Shown one piece after another: positions 16,731-26,668 of a DNA stretch of 41,819 bases; position 1 is the stretch's first letter, and every line of letters starts with the position of its first letter. The notes below the pieces were generated by a model. The model was not told the origin of the DNA and ran no database searches. It saw only the letters and a list, made by a program, of their open reading frames with translations. The translations under genes were made by a program, and so were the position numbers. The stretch comes from a virus. Its lineage: Duplodnaviria; Heunggongvirae; Uroviricota; Caudoviricetes. Location: the IMG/VR virus record IMGVR_UViG_2721755721_000002. One strand, given 5' to 3'.

Positions 16731-17045
16731 ATGCTACATGATCACGTGGCAGAATGTCTGGAGAAAAAAGGACTGTACCGGAGAGCAGCTGAACGATGGG
16801 CAAAAGTGATGGTACAGCTAAGTGATGACCAGAAAAGAAAAGTGGCGGCACAGAAACGAGCAGAGTGTTTGCGTAAGGCGCGCCGGACTCCGGTTTCACC
16901 GGTGAACCTGACCGAAATAAAACAAGCGGTCAACAGACTACATTCTGAGTTGGGAATGGGATTTGAAGAGCGGCGGGTATTCCGACGATATAAAGGGACA
17001 GGAGAACAGAATACGTCCGGAAACGCGCGGTCAAAAAAATGCTAA
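16731..17045 (+). CDS. pch: PerC/Pch-family transcriptional regulator
   Basis: 104 aa; LEKKGLYRRAAERWAKVM matches the PerC-family signature as I recall it; AT/T-rich upstream region; GGAGG RBS. Confidence 0.6.
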   Translation: MLHDHVAECLEKKGLYRRAAERWAKVMVQLSDDQKRKVAAQKRAECLRKARRTPVSPVNLTEIKQAVNRLHSELGMGFEERRVFRRYKGTGEQNTSGNARSKKC

Positions 17046-17080
17046 AAAATATCTGAGAGAGTTATTGCCTGTTACCATAA

Positions 17081-17108
17081 GAAAAAGCGACTTTAGTGGT
17101 CGCTTTTT
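17081..17108. terminator. Bidirectional terminator between pch and the downstream minus-strand gene
   Basis: AGCGAC-TTTAGTG-GTCGCT hairpin flanked by an A-run 5' and T-run 3'. Confidence 0.55.
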
Positions 17109-17126
17109 GTGTCATATATAAGTCGT

Positions 17127-17351
17127 TTAAGTAAACCTGTCTGAACAGGTGCTCTGGTCGTGTTTGTCTTTGTTGGGTACAAATTGAGCATGTTTTTCAT
17201 TAATTAATCTTCTTCTGCAGGCTTCAATAACCCACGCTGAAAAATTACCTGAACCTTTCAGGTCAAGAGCGATGTTAATTTGTTCAATTATCTGGTTTGG
17301 AAATCGGATGTTGCGGGTTGTTGTTCTGCGGGTTCTGTTCTTTGATGACAT
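17127..17351 (-). CDS. YlcI/YnfO-like small protein (DUF3950-like), next to cos/terminase
   Basis: 74-aa ORF next to the Nu1 homologue, as ynfO/ylcI lie next to nohA/nohD in K-12 prophages; assignment by position and size. Confidence 0.4.
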   Translation of the reverse strand: MSSKNRTRRTTTRNIRFPNQIIEQINIALDLKGSGNFSAWVIEACRRRLINEKHAQFVPNKDKHDQSTCSDRFT

Positions 17352-17558
17352 AATGTTGCCCCGTATTCAGTGTTGCTGATTTGTATTATCTGAAGTTGCT
17401 TTTACGCTAATTTGATGCAGATCAATTAATACGATACCTGCGTAATAATTGATTATTTCTCGTGGTTTGATGGCGTACACACATGTCGTGATAAACCTCA
17501 TGTAGATGATAATTATTATCATTTTCGTGGGTCCTTTCCGGCGATCCGACAGGTTACG

Positions 17559-17570
17559 GGGCGGCGACCT
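17559..17570. other. cosN cohesive-end site (GGGCGGCGACCT) with flanking cosB-like repeats
   Basis: GGGCGGCGACCTCGCGGGTTTTCGCTATTTATGAAAATTTTCCGG matches the lambda left end from memory; CCGGACATG repeats at 17608-17616 (inverted), 17668-17676 and 17698-17706. Confidence 0.75.
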
Positions 17571-17753
17571 CGCGGGTTTTCGCTATTTATGAAAATTTTC
17601 CGGGATCCATGTCCGGTTTCTCTTCAAGTTAACTATATGAAAAATATAAAAACAGGTCTTCTGTGAACCGGACATGAACAAAAAACAGACATGTAAACCG
17701 GACATGACCGGTTTTGTTGTGATTGTGAGGTGAGAGTTTTTGCGAGGTGAGGA

Positions 17754-18263
17754 GTGGCTACGCAGACTGAAGTTGCCAGGCATTTAAGTCTGACCGATCG
17801 CCAGCTTCGCAGATTGCAGAAATTGCCGGGTGCCCCGATATCGAATAAGCGAGGGCAACTGGATCTGGATGCCTGGCGCGATTTTTACATATCGTATCTG
17901 AGGAGAAGTAAAAACGATGTGCCTGATGGCGATAGCGAAGACGACTATGAGGAGAAATTGCTTATTGCCAGATGGGAACTGACAGCAGAACAGGCTGTTA
18001 CACAGCAGTTAAAAAATGAGGTGTCAAAAGGAAAACTTATTGACACCGGGTTCTGTATTTTTGCCCTCAGTAAGCTGGCAATGGCGTTATCCAGTACGCT
18101 TGATTCCATCCCTTTATCCATGCAGCGACAGTTTTCTGATTTAACACCGCGCCATCTTGACCATCTGAAAACCCTTATTGCTAAGGGGGCAAATCAGTGT
18201 GCGCGGGCAGGGGATAAATTACCGGATTTACTCGATGAATATATCAGAGCAACAACTGAATAA
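17754..18263 (+). CDS. nu1: Terminase small subunit (Nu1-like), GTG start
   Basis: N-terminal HTH and the block TGFCIFALSKLAMALSSTLDSIPLSMQRQFSDL parallel lambda Nu1. Confidence 0.85.
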   Translation: MATQTEVARHLSLTDRQLRRLQKLPGAPISNKRGQLDLDAWRDFYISYLRRSKNDVPDGDSEDDYEEKLLIARWELTAEQAVTQQLKNEVSKGKLIDTGFCIFALSKLAMALSSTLDSIPLSMQRQFSDLTPRHLDHLKTLIAKGANQCARAGDKLPDLLDEYIRATTE

Positions 18264-20163
18264 TATGATGGCTGCCGTTTCGGTTGCGCTGCAGCCTCTG
18301 GTCAGGGTTGTACCGATGACGGCAGTTGAATGGGCTGATCAAAATTATTATCTGCCTAAAGAATCCTCATACGGTGACGGCGAATGGAAAACGCTGCCAT
18401 TCCAGATCGCCATCATGAACAGTATGGGGAATGATCAGATCCGCACTGTTAATCTGATTAAATCTGCCCGTGTTGGCTATACAAAGATGTTGCTGGGGGT
18501 GGTCGGGTATTTTATTGAGCATAAATCCCGAAACAGTCTGCTTTTTCAGCCCACGGATTCTGCCGCTGAAGATTTTATGAAGTCTCACGTGGAGGCGACG
18601 ATTCGGGACGTGCCATGCCTGAAAGACCTTTCCCCATGGCTGGGTCGTAAACATCGTGACAATACTCTCACGCTGAAACGCTTTTCATCGGGTGTGGGCT
18701 TCTGGTGCCTGGGCGGCGCTGCCGCCAAAAACTACCGTGAAAAATCCGTGGATGTGGTCTGTTATGACGAGCTTTCCTCGTTCGAACCGGATGTTGAAAA
18801 AGAGGGGTCGCCAACCCTGCTGGGGGATAAACGTATCGAGGGCTCTGTATGGCCAAAATCCATTCGCGGCTCGACGCCTAAAATCAAAGGCTCCTGCCAG
18901 ATCGAAAAAGCCGCTAACGAGTCGGCACACTTCATGCGTTTTTATGTGCCCTGTCCGCACTGTGGGGAGGAGCAGTATCTGAAATTTGGCGATGATGCCT
19001 CGCCTTTCGGTCTTAAGTGGGAGAAGAATAAGCCAGAAAGTGTTTTCTACCTTTGTGAGCATCATGGCTGTGTGATCCATCAGTCTGAGCTTGACCAGAG
19101 TAACGGGCGGTGGATCTGTGAAAACACGGGCATGTGGACCCGTGACGGCCTGATGTTTTTCAGCGCCCGGGGTGATGAAATTCCGCCGCCGCGCTCCATC
19201 ACTTTCCATATCTGGACGGCGTACAGTCCGTTCACCACATGGGTACAGATTGTCTATGACTGGCTGGATGCACTGAAAGATCCCAACGGCCTGAAAACCT
19301 TTGTGAACACCACGCTGGGCGAGACCTGGGAAGAGGCCGTGGGCGAAAAACTCGATCACCAGGTACTGATGGATAAGGTTGTGCGTTACACGGCGGCGGT
19401 GCCTGCCCGGGTGGTTTATCTGACGGCGGGCATTGACTCGCAGCGAAACCGTTTTGAGATGTATGTCTGGGGATGGGCTCCGGGAGAGGAAGCCTTTCTG
19501 GTGGATAAAATCATCATTATGGGGCGTCCCGATGAGGAAGAGACGCTGTTACGTGTGGATGCGGCGATCAACAAAAAATACCGCCATGCAGACGGAACCG
19601 AAATGACTATTTCTCGTGTCTGCTGGGACATCGGGGGGATCGATGGCGAAATCGTTTATCAGAGGTCAAAAAAACACGGTGTTTTCCGGGTGCTGCCGGT
19701 AAAAGGCGCATCTGTCTATGGCAAGCCGGTGATCACCATGCCAAAAACCCGCAATCAGCGGGGCGTGTATCTGTGTGAAGTGGGGACGGACACCGCAAAA
19801 GAAATTCTCTATGCCCGTATGAAAGCCGATCCCACGCCTGTGGATGAAGCCACGTCGTATGCCATCCGTTTTCCTGATGATCCGGAGATTTTTTCGCAGA
19901 CAGAGGCGCAGCAACTGGTCGCGGAAGAGCTTGTGGAGAAGTGGGAAAAAGGAAAGATGCGTCTGCTGTGGGATAACAAAAAGCGGCGTAACGAAGCGCT
20001 GGACTGCCTGGTGTATGCCTACGCGGCATTACGTGTGTCCGTGCAACGCTGGCAGCTTGATCTGGCTGTACTGGCAAAATCCCGGGAAGAAGAGACGACC
20101 CGGCCAACCCTTAAAGAACTGGCAGCGAAGCTGTCCGGAGGAGTGAATGGTTACAGTCGCTGA
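18235..20163 (+). CDS. A: Terminase large subunit (gpA-like)
   Basis: MNISEQQ...TAVEWADQNYYLPKES...; collinear with lambda gpA; internal ATG of track ORF 18178... Confidence 0.9.
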   Translation: MNISEQQLNNMMAAVSVALQPLVRVVPMTAVEWADQNYYLPKESSYGDGEWKTLPFQIAIMNSMGNDQIRTVNLIKSARVGYTKMLLGVVGYFIEHKSRNSLLFQPTDSAAEDFMKSHVEATIRDVPCLKDLSPWLGRKHRDNTLTLKRFSSGVGFWCLGGAAAKNYREKSVDVVCYDELSSFEPDVEKEGSPTLLGDKRIEGSVWPKSIRGSTPKIKGSCQIEKAANESAHFMRFYVPCPHCGEEQYLKFGDDASPFGLKWEKNKPESVFYLCEHHGCVIHQSELDQSNGRWICENTGMWTRDGLMFFSARGDEIPPPRSITFHIWTAYSPFTTWVQIVYDWLDALKDPNGLKTFVNTTLGETWEEAVGEKLDHQVLMDKVVRYTAAVPARVVYLTAGIDSQRNRFEMYVWGWAPGEEAFLVDKIIIMGRPDEEETLLRVDAAINKKYRHADGTEMTISRVCWDIGGIDGEIVYQRSKKHGVFRVLPVKGASVYGKPVITMPKTRNQRGVYLCEVGTDTAKEILYARMKADPTPVDEATSYAIRFPDDPEIFSQTEAQQLVAEELVEKWEKGKMRLLWDNKKRRNEALDCLVYAYAALRVSVQRWQLDLAVLAKSREEETTRPTLKELAAKLSGGVNGYSR

Positions 20164-20353
20164 ACTGCAGGCGCTGCGTCAGGCGCGCCTTGATTTATTA
20201 ACCGGTAAACGGGTGGTGTCTGTCCAGAAAGATGGTCGCAGAATTGAATATACGGCGGCTTCTCTGGATGAGCTTAACCGGGCGATCAATGATGCGGAGT
20301 CGGTACTGGGGACAACCCGGCGTCGCCGTCGTCCGCTGGGAGTGAGGTTATGA
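20147..20353 (+). CDS. W: Head-tail joining protein gpW-like
   Basis: 68 aa; LLTGKRVVSVQKDGRRIEYTAASL parallels lambda W. Confidence 0.85.
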   Translation: MVTVAELQALRQARLDLLTGKRVVSVQKDGRRIEYTAASLDELNRAINDAESVLGTTRRRRRPLGVRL

Positions 20354-21942
20354 AACGAACGCCTGTCCTGATTGATGTGAACGGCGTTCCGCTTCGTGAG
20401 AGTCTCAGCTACAACGGGGGCGGTGCAGGATTTGGCGGGCAAATGGCTGAGTGGTTGCCACCGGCGCAGAGTGCCGATGCGGCCCTGCTGCCCGCGTTGC
20501 GTCTGGGGAATGCCCGGGCAGATGATCTGGTGCGCAATAACGGAATAGCGGCTAATGCGGTGGCTCTGCATAAGGATCACATTGTCGGGCATATGTTTCT
20601 GATCAGCTACCGTCCGAACTGGCGCTGGCTGGGGATGCGGGAGACCGCAGCAAAAAGCTTTGTCGATGAGGTGGAGGCGGCCTGGTCGGAATACGCCGAA
20701 GGGATGTCTGGCGAGATCGACGTGGAAGGAAAACGCACGTTCACGGAATTTATCCGTGAAGGTGTGGGCGTTCATGCGTTTAACGGCGAAATCTTTGTGC
20801 AGCCGGTTTGGGATACGGAAACCACGCAGTTATTCCGTACGCGTTTTAAAGCCGTGAGTCCGAAACGGGTGGACACGCCTGGACACGGTATGGGGAACCG
20901 TTTTCTGCGGGCCGGTGTGGAGGTCGATCGATATGGCCGTGCCGTCGCGTACCATATCTGTGAGGATGATTTTCCGTTCTCTGGTAGTGGACGATGGGAA
21001 CGGATCCCGCGTGAACTTCCCACCGGGCGTCCGGCCATGCTGCATATTTTCGAGCCGGTGGAGGACGGGCAGACCCGTGGGGCTAATCAGTTTTACAGCG
21101 TCATGGAACGGCTGAAGATGCTCGATTCCCTGCAGGCAACACAGCTTCAGTCGGCCATAGTGAAGGCGATGTATGCAGCGACGATTGAAAGTGAACTTGA
21201 TACCGAAAAGGCCTTTGAATATATCGCCGGTGCGCCGCAGGGGCAGAAGGATAATCCGCTTATTAATATTCTGGATAAGTTCTCCACCTGGTATGACACG
21301 AATAGCGTGACGCTGGGCGGTGTCAAAATTCCGCACCTTTTCCCCGGGGATGATCTGAAACTACAGACTGCGCAGGATTCAGACAATGGATTTTCGGCGC
21401 TTGAACAGGCGCTGCTGCGGTATATCGCCGCCGGTCTTGGCGTTTCCTACGAACAGTTGTCCCGTGATTACTCGAAGGTCAGTTATTCAAGTGCCAGGGC
21501 CTCTGCCAATGAGTCGTGGCGCTATTTTATGGGGCGGCGAAAATTTATTGCGGCCCGGCTGGCCACGCAGATGTTTTCCTGCTGGCTGGAAGAGGCACTT
21601 CTTCGGGGGATTATCCGTCCGCCACGGGCGCGTTTTGATTTTTATCAGGCGCGATCAGCCTGGTCACGGGCAGAGTGGATTGGTGCCGGAAGAATGGCCA
21701 TTGACGGGCTCAAGGAGGTTCAGGAATCGGTGATGCGCATTGAGGCCGGACTGAGCACGTATGAGAAAGAGCTGGCGCTGATGGGCGAGGATTATCAGGA
21801 CATTTTCCGCCAGCAGGTCAGGGAATCTGCAGAGCGGCAAAAAGCCGGACTCTCACGTCCGGTGTGGATAGCGCAGGCGTATCAGCAGCAGATAGCGGAG
21901 AGTCGCAGGCCGGAAGAGGAGACAACACCCCGTGAGACGTAA
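20350..21942 (+). CDS. B: Portal protein gpB-like
   Basis: 530 aa, collinear with lambda B (NARADDLVRNNG, HIFEPVEDGQTRGANQFYSVMER...). Confidence 0.9.
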   Translation: MKRTPVLIDVNGVPLRESLSYNGGGAGFGGQMAEWLPPAQSADAALLPALRLGNARADDLVRNNGIAANAVALHKDHIVGHMFLISYRPNWRWLGMRETAAKSFVDEVEAAWSEYAEGMSGEIDVEGKRTFTEFIREGVGVHAFNGEIFVQPVWDTETTQLFRTRFKAVSPKRVDTPGHGMGNRFLRAGVEVDRYGRAVAYHICEDDFPFSGSGRWERIPRELPTGRPAMLHIFEPVEDGQTRGANQFYSVMERLKMLDSLQATQLQSAIVKAMYAATIESELDTEKAFEYIAGAPQGQKDNPLINILDKFSTWYDTNSVTLGGVKIPHLFPGDDLKLQTAQDSDNGFSALEQALLRYIAAGLGVSYEQLSRDYSKVSYSSARASANESWRYFMGRRKFIAARLATQMFSCWLEEALLRGIIRPPRARFDFYQARSAWSRAEWIGAGRMAIDGLKEVQESVMRIEAGLSTYEKELALMGEDYQDIFRQQVRESAERQKAGLSRPVWIAQAYQQQIAESRRPEEETTPRET

Positions 21943-23437
21943 TCTTTCACACATTATTGCCGCAGCATTCAATGAACCGCTGCTTCTGGAGCCCGCCTAT
22001 GCGCGGGTTTTCTTTTGCGCGCTCGGGCGCGAGATGGGGGCAGCAAGTCTTTCGGTACCACAACAGCAGGTACAGTTTGATGCTCCCGGAATGCTGGCTG
22101 AAACGGACGAGTACATGGCCGGAGGTAAACGACCGGCCCGTGTTTACAGGGTGGTGAACGGTATTGCTGTACTGCCGGTGACCGGCACGCTGGTGCACCG
22201 GCTGGGGGGTATGCGGCCATTTTCCGGAATGACAGGCTATGACGGTATTGTCGCCTGTCTTCAGCAGGCAATGGCGGATAGCCAGGTGCGGGGCGTACTG
22301 CTGGACATTGACAGTCCGGGCGGGCAGGCCGCCGGCGCGTTTGACTGCGCTGACATGATTTACCGCCTCCGTCAGCAGAAGCCGGTCTGGGCACTGTGCA
22401 ATGACACGGCCTGTTCTGCAGCCATGCTGCTGGCGTCGGCCTGCTCCCGACGGCTGGTTACCCAGACATCCCGTATCGGCTCCATTGGCGTGATGATGAG
22501 CCATGTCAGCTATGCCGGTCATCTGGCGCAGGCCGGTGTGGATATCACGCTGATTTACTCAGGGGCGCACAAGGTGGATGGCAATCAGTTTGAAGCCTTA
22601 CCGGCAGAGGTTCGCCAGGACATGCAGCAGCGCATTGATGCGGCGCGCCGGATGTTTGCCGAAAAAGTGGCGATGTTTACCGGTCTGTCTGTTGATGCCG
22701 TCACGGGAACAGAGGCCGCCGTTTTTGAAGGTCAGTCCGGCATTGATGCCGGGCTGGCGGATGAATTAGTCAATGCGTCGGATGCCATCAGTGTGATGGC
22801 CACGGCGCTGAACAGTAATGTCAGAGGAGGCACTATGCCGCAATTAACTGCAACGGAAGCCGCCGCGCAGGAGAACCAGCGAGTGATGGGGATCCTGACA
22901 TGCCAGGAAGCGAAAGGACGTGAACAGCTTGCCACGATGCTGGCAGGACAACAGGGCATGAGCGTTGAACAGGCCCGGGCGATTCTGGCCGCGGCGGCAC
23001 CACAGCAGCCGGTGGCATCCGCGCAGAGTGAAGCCGATCGCATTATGGCGTGTGAAGAAGCGAAAGGTCGTGAACAACTGGCGGCAACGCTGGCGGCGAT
23101 GCCGGAGATGACGGTGGAAAAAGCCCGCCCGATCCTGGCTGCTTCACCGCAGGCGGATGCCGGACCCTCACTCCGTGATCAGATCATGGCACTGGATGAG
23201 GCAAAAGGGGCTGAGGCGCAGGCTGAACAGCTGGCTGCCTGCCCGGGAATGACTGTGGAGAGCGCCCGGGCTGTGCTGGCTGCGGGATCAGGTAAGGCAG
23301 AACCGGTCTCTGCATCCACAACCGCCATGTTTGAACGCATCATGGCGAACCATTCACCGGCAGCGGTACAGGGTGGCGTGCCACAGACGTCAGCAGACGG
23401 TGATGCGGACGTGAAAATGCTCATGGCCATGCCATGA
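21932..23437 (+). CDS. C: Head maturation protease/scaffold gpC-like (S49 peptidase with Nu3-like C-terminal region), GTG start
   Basis: AFNEPLLLEPAYARVFFCALG... parallels lambda C; C-terminal region carries three copies of an EAKGREQLA...ARAILAA module. Confidence 0.85.
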   Translation: MRRNLSHIIAAAFNEPLLLEPAYARVFFCALGREMGAASLSVPQQQVQFDAPGMLAETDEYMAGGKRPARVYRVVNGIAVLPVTGTLVHRLGGMRPFSGMTGYDGIVACLQQAMADSQVRGVLLDIDSPGGQAAGAFDCADMIYRLRQQKPVWALCNDTACSAAMLLASACSRRLVTQTSRIGSIGVMMSHVSYAGHLAQAGVDITLIYSGAHKVDGNQFEALPAEVRQDMQQRIDAARRMFAEKVAMFTGLSVDAVTGTEAAVFEGQSGIDAGLADELVNASDAISVMATALNSNVRGGTMPQLTATEAAAQENQRVMGILTCQEAKGREQLATMLAGQQGMSVEQARAILAAAAPQQPVASAQSEADRIMACEEAKGREQLAATLAAMPEMTVEKARPILAASPQADAGPSLRDQIMALDEAKGAEAQAEQLAACPGMTVESARAVLAAGSGKAEPVSASTTAMFERIMANHSPAAVQGGVPQTSADGDADVKMLMAMP

Positions 23438-23473
23438 AGCCAATGCTGACCATCAACAGGAGGTTTTTACAAT

Positions 23474-23821
23474 ATGGTGACGAAAACTATCACTGAACAG
23501 CGTGCGGAAGTACGTATTTTTGCCGGTAATGATCCGGCTCATACCGCCACAGGCAGCAGCGGGATTTCCTCGGCAACACCGGCACTGACGCCCCTGATGC
23601 TGGATGAGGCCACCGGGAAACTGGTGGTCTGGGACGGACAAAAAGCCGGTAGTGCGGTTGGCATACTGGTACTGCCGCTTGAAGGCACAGAGACGGCGCT
23701 GACCTATTACAAGTCGGGGACCTTTGCGACGGAGGCAATCCGCTGGCCTGAAAGTGTGGATGAACACAAAAAGGCCAACGCCTTTGCCGGCAGTGCCCTG
23801 AGTCACGCGGCGCTGCCGTAA
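23474..23821 (+). CDS. D: Head decoration protein gpD-like
   Basis: DPAHTATG...TPLMLD...KLVVWDG...AVGILV...YKSGTF parallels lambda D. Confidence 0.85.
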   Translation: MVTKTITEQRAEVRIFAGNDPAHTATGSSGISSATPALTPLMLDEATGKLVVWDGQKAGSAVGILVLPLEGTETALTYYKSGTFATEAIRWPESVDEHKKANAFAGSALSHAALP

Positions 23822-23878
23822 CACGTTATCAGGCCACCGCGGTGGCCTGACTGATTTCTGAATGAAAGGAACTGATTT

Positions 23879-24907
23879 ATGGGATTGTTTACGACCCGCC
23901 AGTTACTCGGTTATACCGAACAAAAAGTGAAATTTCGTGCGCTGTTTCTGGAGCTGTTTTTCCGCCGTACGGTGAATTTCCATACCGAAGAGGTGATGCT
24001 GGACAAAATTACCGGAAAAACGCCGGTGGCGGCCTATGTTTCCCCGGTTGTTGAAGGAAAAGTGCTGCGTCATCGTGGTGGTGAAACCCGCGTGTTACGT
24101 CCGGGCTACGTCAAGCCGAAACACGAATTTAATTACCAGCAGGCGGTTGAGCGTCTTCCCGGTGAAGATCCGGCTCAGCTGAACGACCCGGCCTACCGTC
24201 GTCTGCGTATCATCACTGATAACCTCAAACAGGAAGAGCACGCCATTGTCCAGGTGGAAGAAATGCAGGCGGTGAATGCCGTGCTGTATGGCAAATACAC
24301 GATGGAAGGAGACCAGTTCGAGAAAATTGAGGTCGATTTTGGCAGGTCGACGAAGAATAACATCACTCAGGGTAGTGGTAAGGAGTGGTCAAAACAGGAT
24401 CGTGACACGTTCGATCCTACACATGATCTTGACCTCTACTGCGACCAGGCCAGCGGTCTTGTGAATATTGCCATTATGGACGGTACCGTCTGGCGTCTGC
24501 TGAATGGCTTTAAATTGTTCCGCGAAAAACTGGATACCCGTCGCGGCTCTAATTCGCAACTCGAAACAGCGGTGAAAGACCTGGGCGCGGTGGTGTCCTT
24601 CAAAGGGTATTACGGCGATCTGGCCATTGTGGTGGCAAAAACGTCTTATGTGGCAGAGGACGGTACCGAAAAACGTTATCTGCCTGAGGGCTCGCTGGTC
24701 CTGGGGAATACGGCAGCAGAGGGCATTCGTTGCTATGGTGCCATTCAGGATGCGCAGGCGTTGTCCGAAGGTGTGGTGGCCTCTTCCCGTTATCCGAAAC
24801 ACTGGCTGACGGTAGGGGATCCCGCCCGTGAATTTACCATGACGCAGTCCGCGCCGCTGATGGTGTTGCCGGACCCGGATGAGTTTGTGGTGGTACAGGT
24901 GAAATAA
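23879..24907 (+). CDS. E: Major capsid protein gpE-like
   Basis: 342 aa, collinear with lambda E (TRRGSNSQLETAVKDLG, PAREFTMTQSAPLM). Confidence 0.9.
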   Translation: MGLFTTRQLLGYTEQKVKFRALFLELFFRRTVNFHTEEVMLDKITGKTPVAAYVSPVVEGKVLRHRGGETRVLRPGYVKPKHEFNYQQAVERLPGEDPAQLNDPAYRRLRIITDNLKQEEHAIVQVEEMQAVNAVLYGKYTMEGDQFEKIEVDFGRSTKNNITQGSGKEWSKQDRDTFDPTHDLDLYCDQASGLVNIAIMDGTVWRLLNGFKLFREKLDTRRGSNSQLETAVKDLGAVVSFKGYYGDLAIVVAKTSYVAEDGTEKRYLPEGSLVLGNTAAEGIRCYGAIQDAQALSEGVVASSRYPKHWLTVGDPAREFTMTQSAPLMVLPDPDEFVVVQVK

Positions 24908-24958
24908 TCCGTGAGCGGGGGCGAAATGCCCCCGTGTCTTTTTTCACAGGGGGATGAT

Positions 24959-25333
24959 ATGGCAACGAAAGAGCAAAATCTGAAACGGCTTGATGAACTG
25001 GCCCTGATTCTGGGGCGTGAGCCGGATATATCCGGGAGTGCCGCAGAGATAGCGCAGCGGGTGGCAGAATGGGAAGAGGAAATGCAGTCATCCGGCGATG
25101 ATGTACAGGTTATGAATATGGATATCCGGGAGAGGGAAAACGCGGCTCATGATGTTCGTGAGGAAACATCCGGCGCGTTAACGCGCATCAGAGTTCTGAC
25201 CTGCCTCCATCTCTGTGGCGTTGATGGTGAAACGGGGGAATCCGTTGAGCTTGCGGATGTTGGTCGGGTGATTCTGATTATGTCCTCAGATGCAAAAACA
25301 CACGTTGATGGTGGAATGGCTGTTTATGCGTGA
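24959..25333 (+). CDS. FI: DNA-packaging protein gpFI-like
   Basis: Position between E and FII; acidic protein; internal ATG with AGGGGG RBS. Confidence 0.6.
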   Translation: MATKEQNLKRLDELALILGREPDISGSAAEIAQRVAEWEEEMQSSGDDVQVMNMDIRERENAAHDVREETSGALTRIRVLTCLHLCGVDGETGESVELADVGRVILIMSSDAKTHVDGGMAVYA

Positions 25334-25679
25334 TTTTCAGAATGCCTTTGATGCCGCCCTTGCCGGGGTGGACAGTACGATTGTTGAAGTGATGGGCATC
25401 AGTGCGCAGTTCACCTCCGGTGCACAGCGTGGCGGCGAAGTTCAGGGGGTTTTTGACGATCCGGAGTCGCTGGGGTTTGCCAGTAGTGGGATCCGTATTG
25501 AAGGAAGCAGCCCGTCATTATTTGTGCGGACGGATACGGTTCGTGCCGTGCGGCGTGGTGACACGTTGACCATTAATGGTGAGATGTTCTGGGTGGATCG
25601 TGTTTCTCCGGATGACGGGGGCAGTTGTTATCTCTGGCTGAACCGTGGGCAACCACCCGCAGTTAACCGGCGACGATAA
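25326..25679 (+). CDS. FII: Head-tail connector gpFII-like
   Basis: GVFDDPES...GSSPSLFVRTD...RRGDTLTI...FWVDRVSPDDGGSCYLWL...PPAVNRRR parallels lambda FII. Confidence 0.85.
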   Translation: MRDFQNAFDAALAGVDSTIVEVMGISAQFTSGAQRGGEVQGVFDDPESLGFASSGIRIEGSSPSLFVRTDTVRAVRRGDTLTINGEMFWVDRVSPDDGGSCYLWLNRGQPPAVNRRR

Positions 25680-25693
25680 ACGCAGGGTGAATT

Positions 25694-26269
25694 ATGGCGA
25701 TAAAAGGGCTTGATCAGGCGATTGAAAATCTGAGCCGGGTTCGTAAAAACGCCATTCCGTCGGCTTCAGCAATGGCTATTAACCGCGTGGCTACAACGGC
25801 GATTAATCAGTCTTCATCACAGGTTGCCCGGGAGACCAGGGTGAGCCGGAAACTGGTAAAGGAACGGTCCAGACTGAAACGGGCGACGGTCAGAAATCCG
25901 AATGCCAGAATTATCGTTAACCGCGGTGATCTCCCTGCTATTAAGCTGGGGATCAGGATGCTTGGTCATCGTCCGAACAGCATACTTAAAGCCGGTCAGC
26001 ATCGTTATCAGCGGGCATTCATCCAGCGATTAAATAATGGGCGCTGGCATGTTATGCAACGTTTGCCAGAAGCCCGGTATGCGAAGGGCAATGACGATAA
26101 AGGAAGGAAAAAGCGTAATCGTCTTCCCATTCAGGTGGTTAAAATTCCGATGGCGGCCCCACTGAAGCAGGCTTTTGATGAGAACGTTAACCGTATCCGG
26201 CGAGAACGTCTGCCAAAAGAACTGGGCTATGCGTTGAAACAACAACTAAGGATTGTGATAAAGCGATGA
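25694..26269 (+). CDS. Z: Tail completion protein gpZ-like
   Basis: MAIKGLDQAIENLSR...FIQRLNNGRWHVMQR...RERLPKELGYALKQQLR parallels lambda Z. Confidence 0.85.
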   Translation: MAIKGLDQAIENLSRVRKNAIPSASAMAINRVATTAINQSSSQVARETRVSRKLVKERSRLKRATVRNPNARIIVNRGDLPAIKLGIRMLGHRPNSILKAGQHRYQRAFIQRLNNGRWHVMQRLPEARYAKGNDDKGRKKRNRLPIQVVKIPMAAPLKQAFDENVNRIRRERLPKELGYALKQQLRIVIKR

Positions 26270-26661
26270 AACATACTGATATCCGTGCTGCAGTGCTGGA
26301 TGCACTCGAGCAGCATGAACACGGGGCGACGCTGTTTGATGGTCGCCCCGCTGTTTTTGATGAGGCGGATTTTCCGGCAATTGCTGTTTATCTCACCGGC
26401 GCTGAATACACGGGCGAAGCGCTGGACAGCGATACCTGGCAGGCGGAGCTGCATATTGAAGTTTTCCTGCCTGCTCAGGTGCCGGATTCAGAGCTGGATT
26501 CGTGGATGGAAAGCCGGATTTATCCGGCGATGAGTGCGATCCCGGCACTGTCAGGCCTGATTACCACGATGGTTACGCAGGGCTATGAGTATCGTCGTGA
26601 TGACGATATGGCGTTATGGAGTTCTGCTGATTTGACTTATTCCATTACATACGAGATGTGA
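26266..26661 (+). CDS. U: Tail terminator gpU-like
   Basis: [51 protein letters not shown]... near-collinear with lambda U. Confidence 0.9.
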   Translation: MKHTDIRAAVLDALEQHEHGATLFDGRPAVFDEADFPAIAVYLTGAEYTGEALDSDTWQAELHIEVFLPAQVPDSELDSWMESRIYPAMSAIPALSGLITTMVTQGYEYRRDDDMALWSSADLTYSITYEM

Positions 26662-26668
26662 GGACGAT

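Noticed and set aside
18685-19359. 224-aa minus-strand ORF within the terminase large subunit gene
   Set aside because: Antisense to a gene collinear with lambda gpA; no RBS or domain signature.
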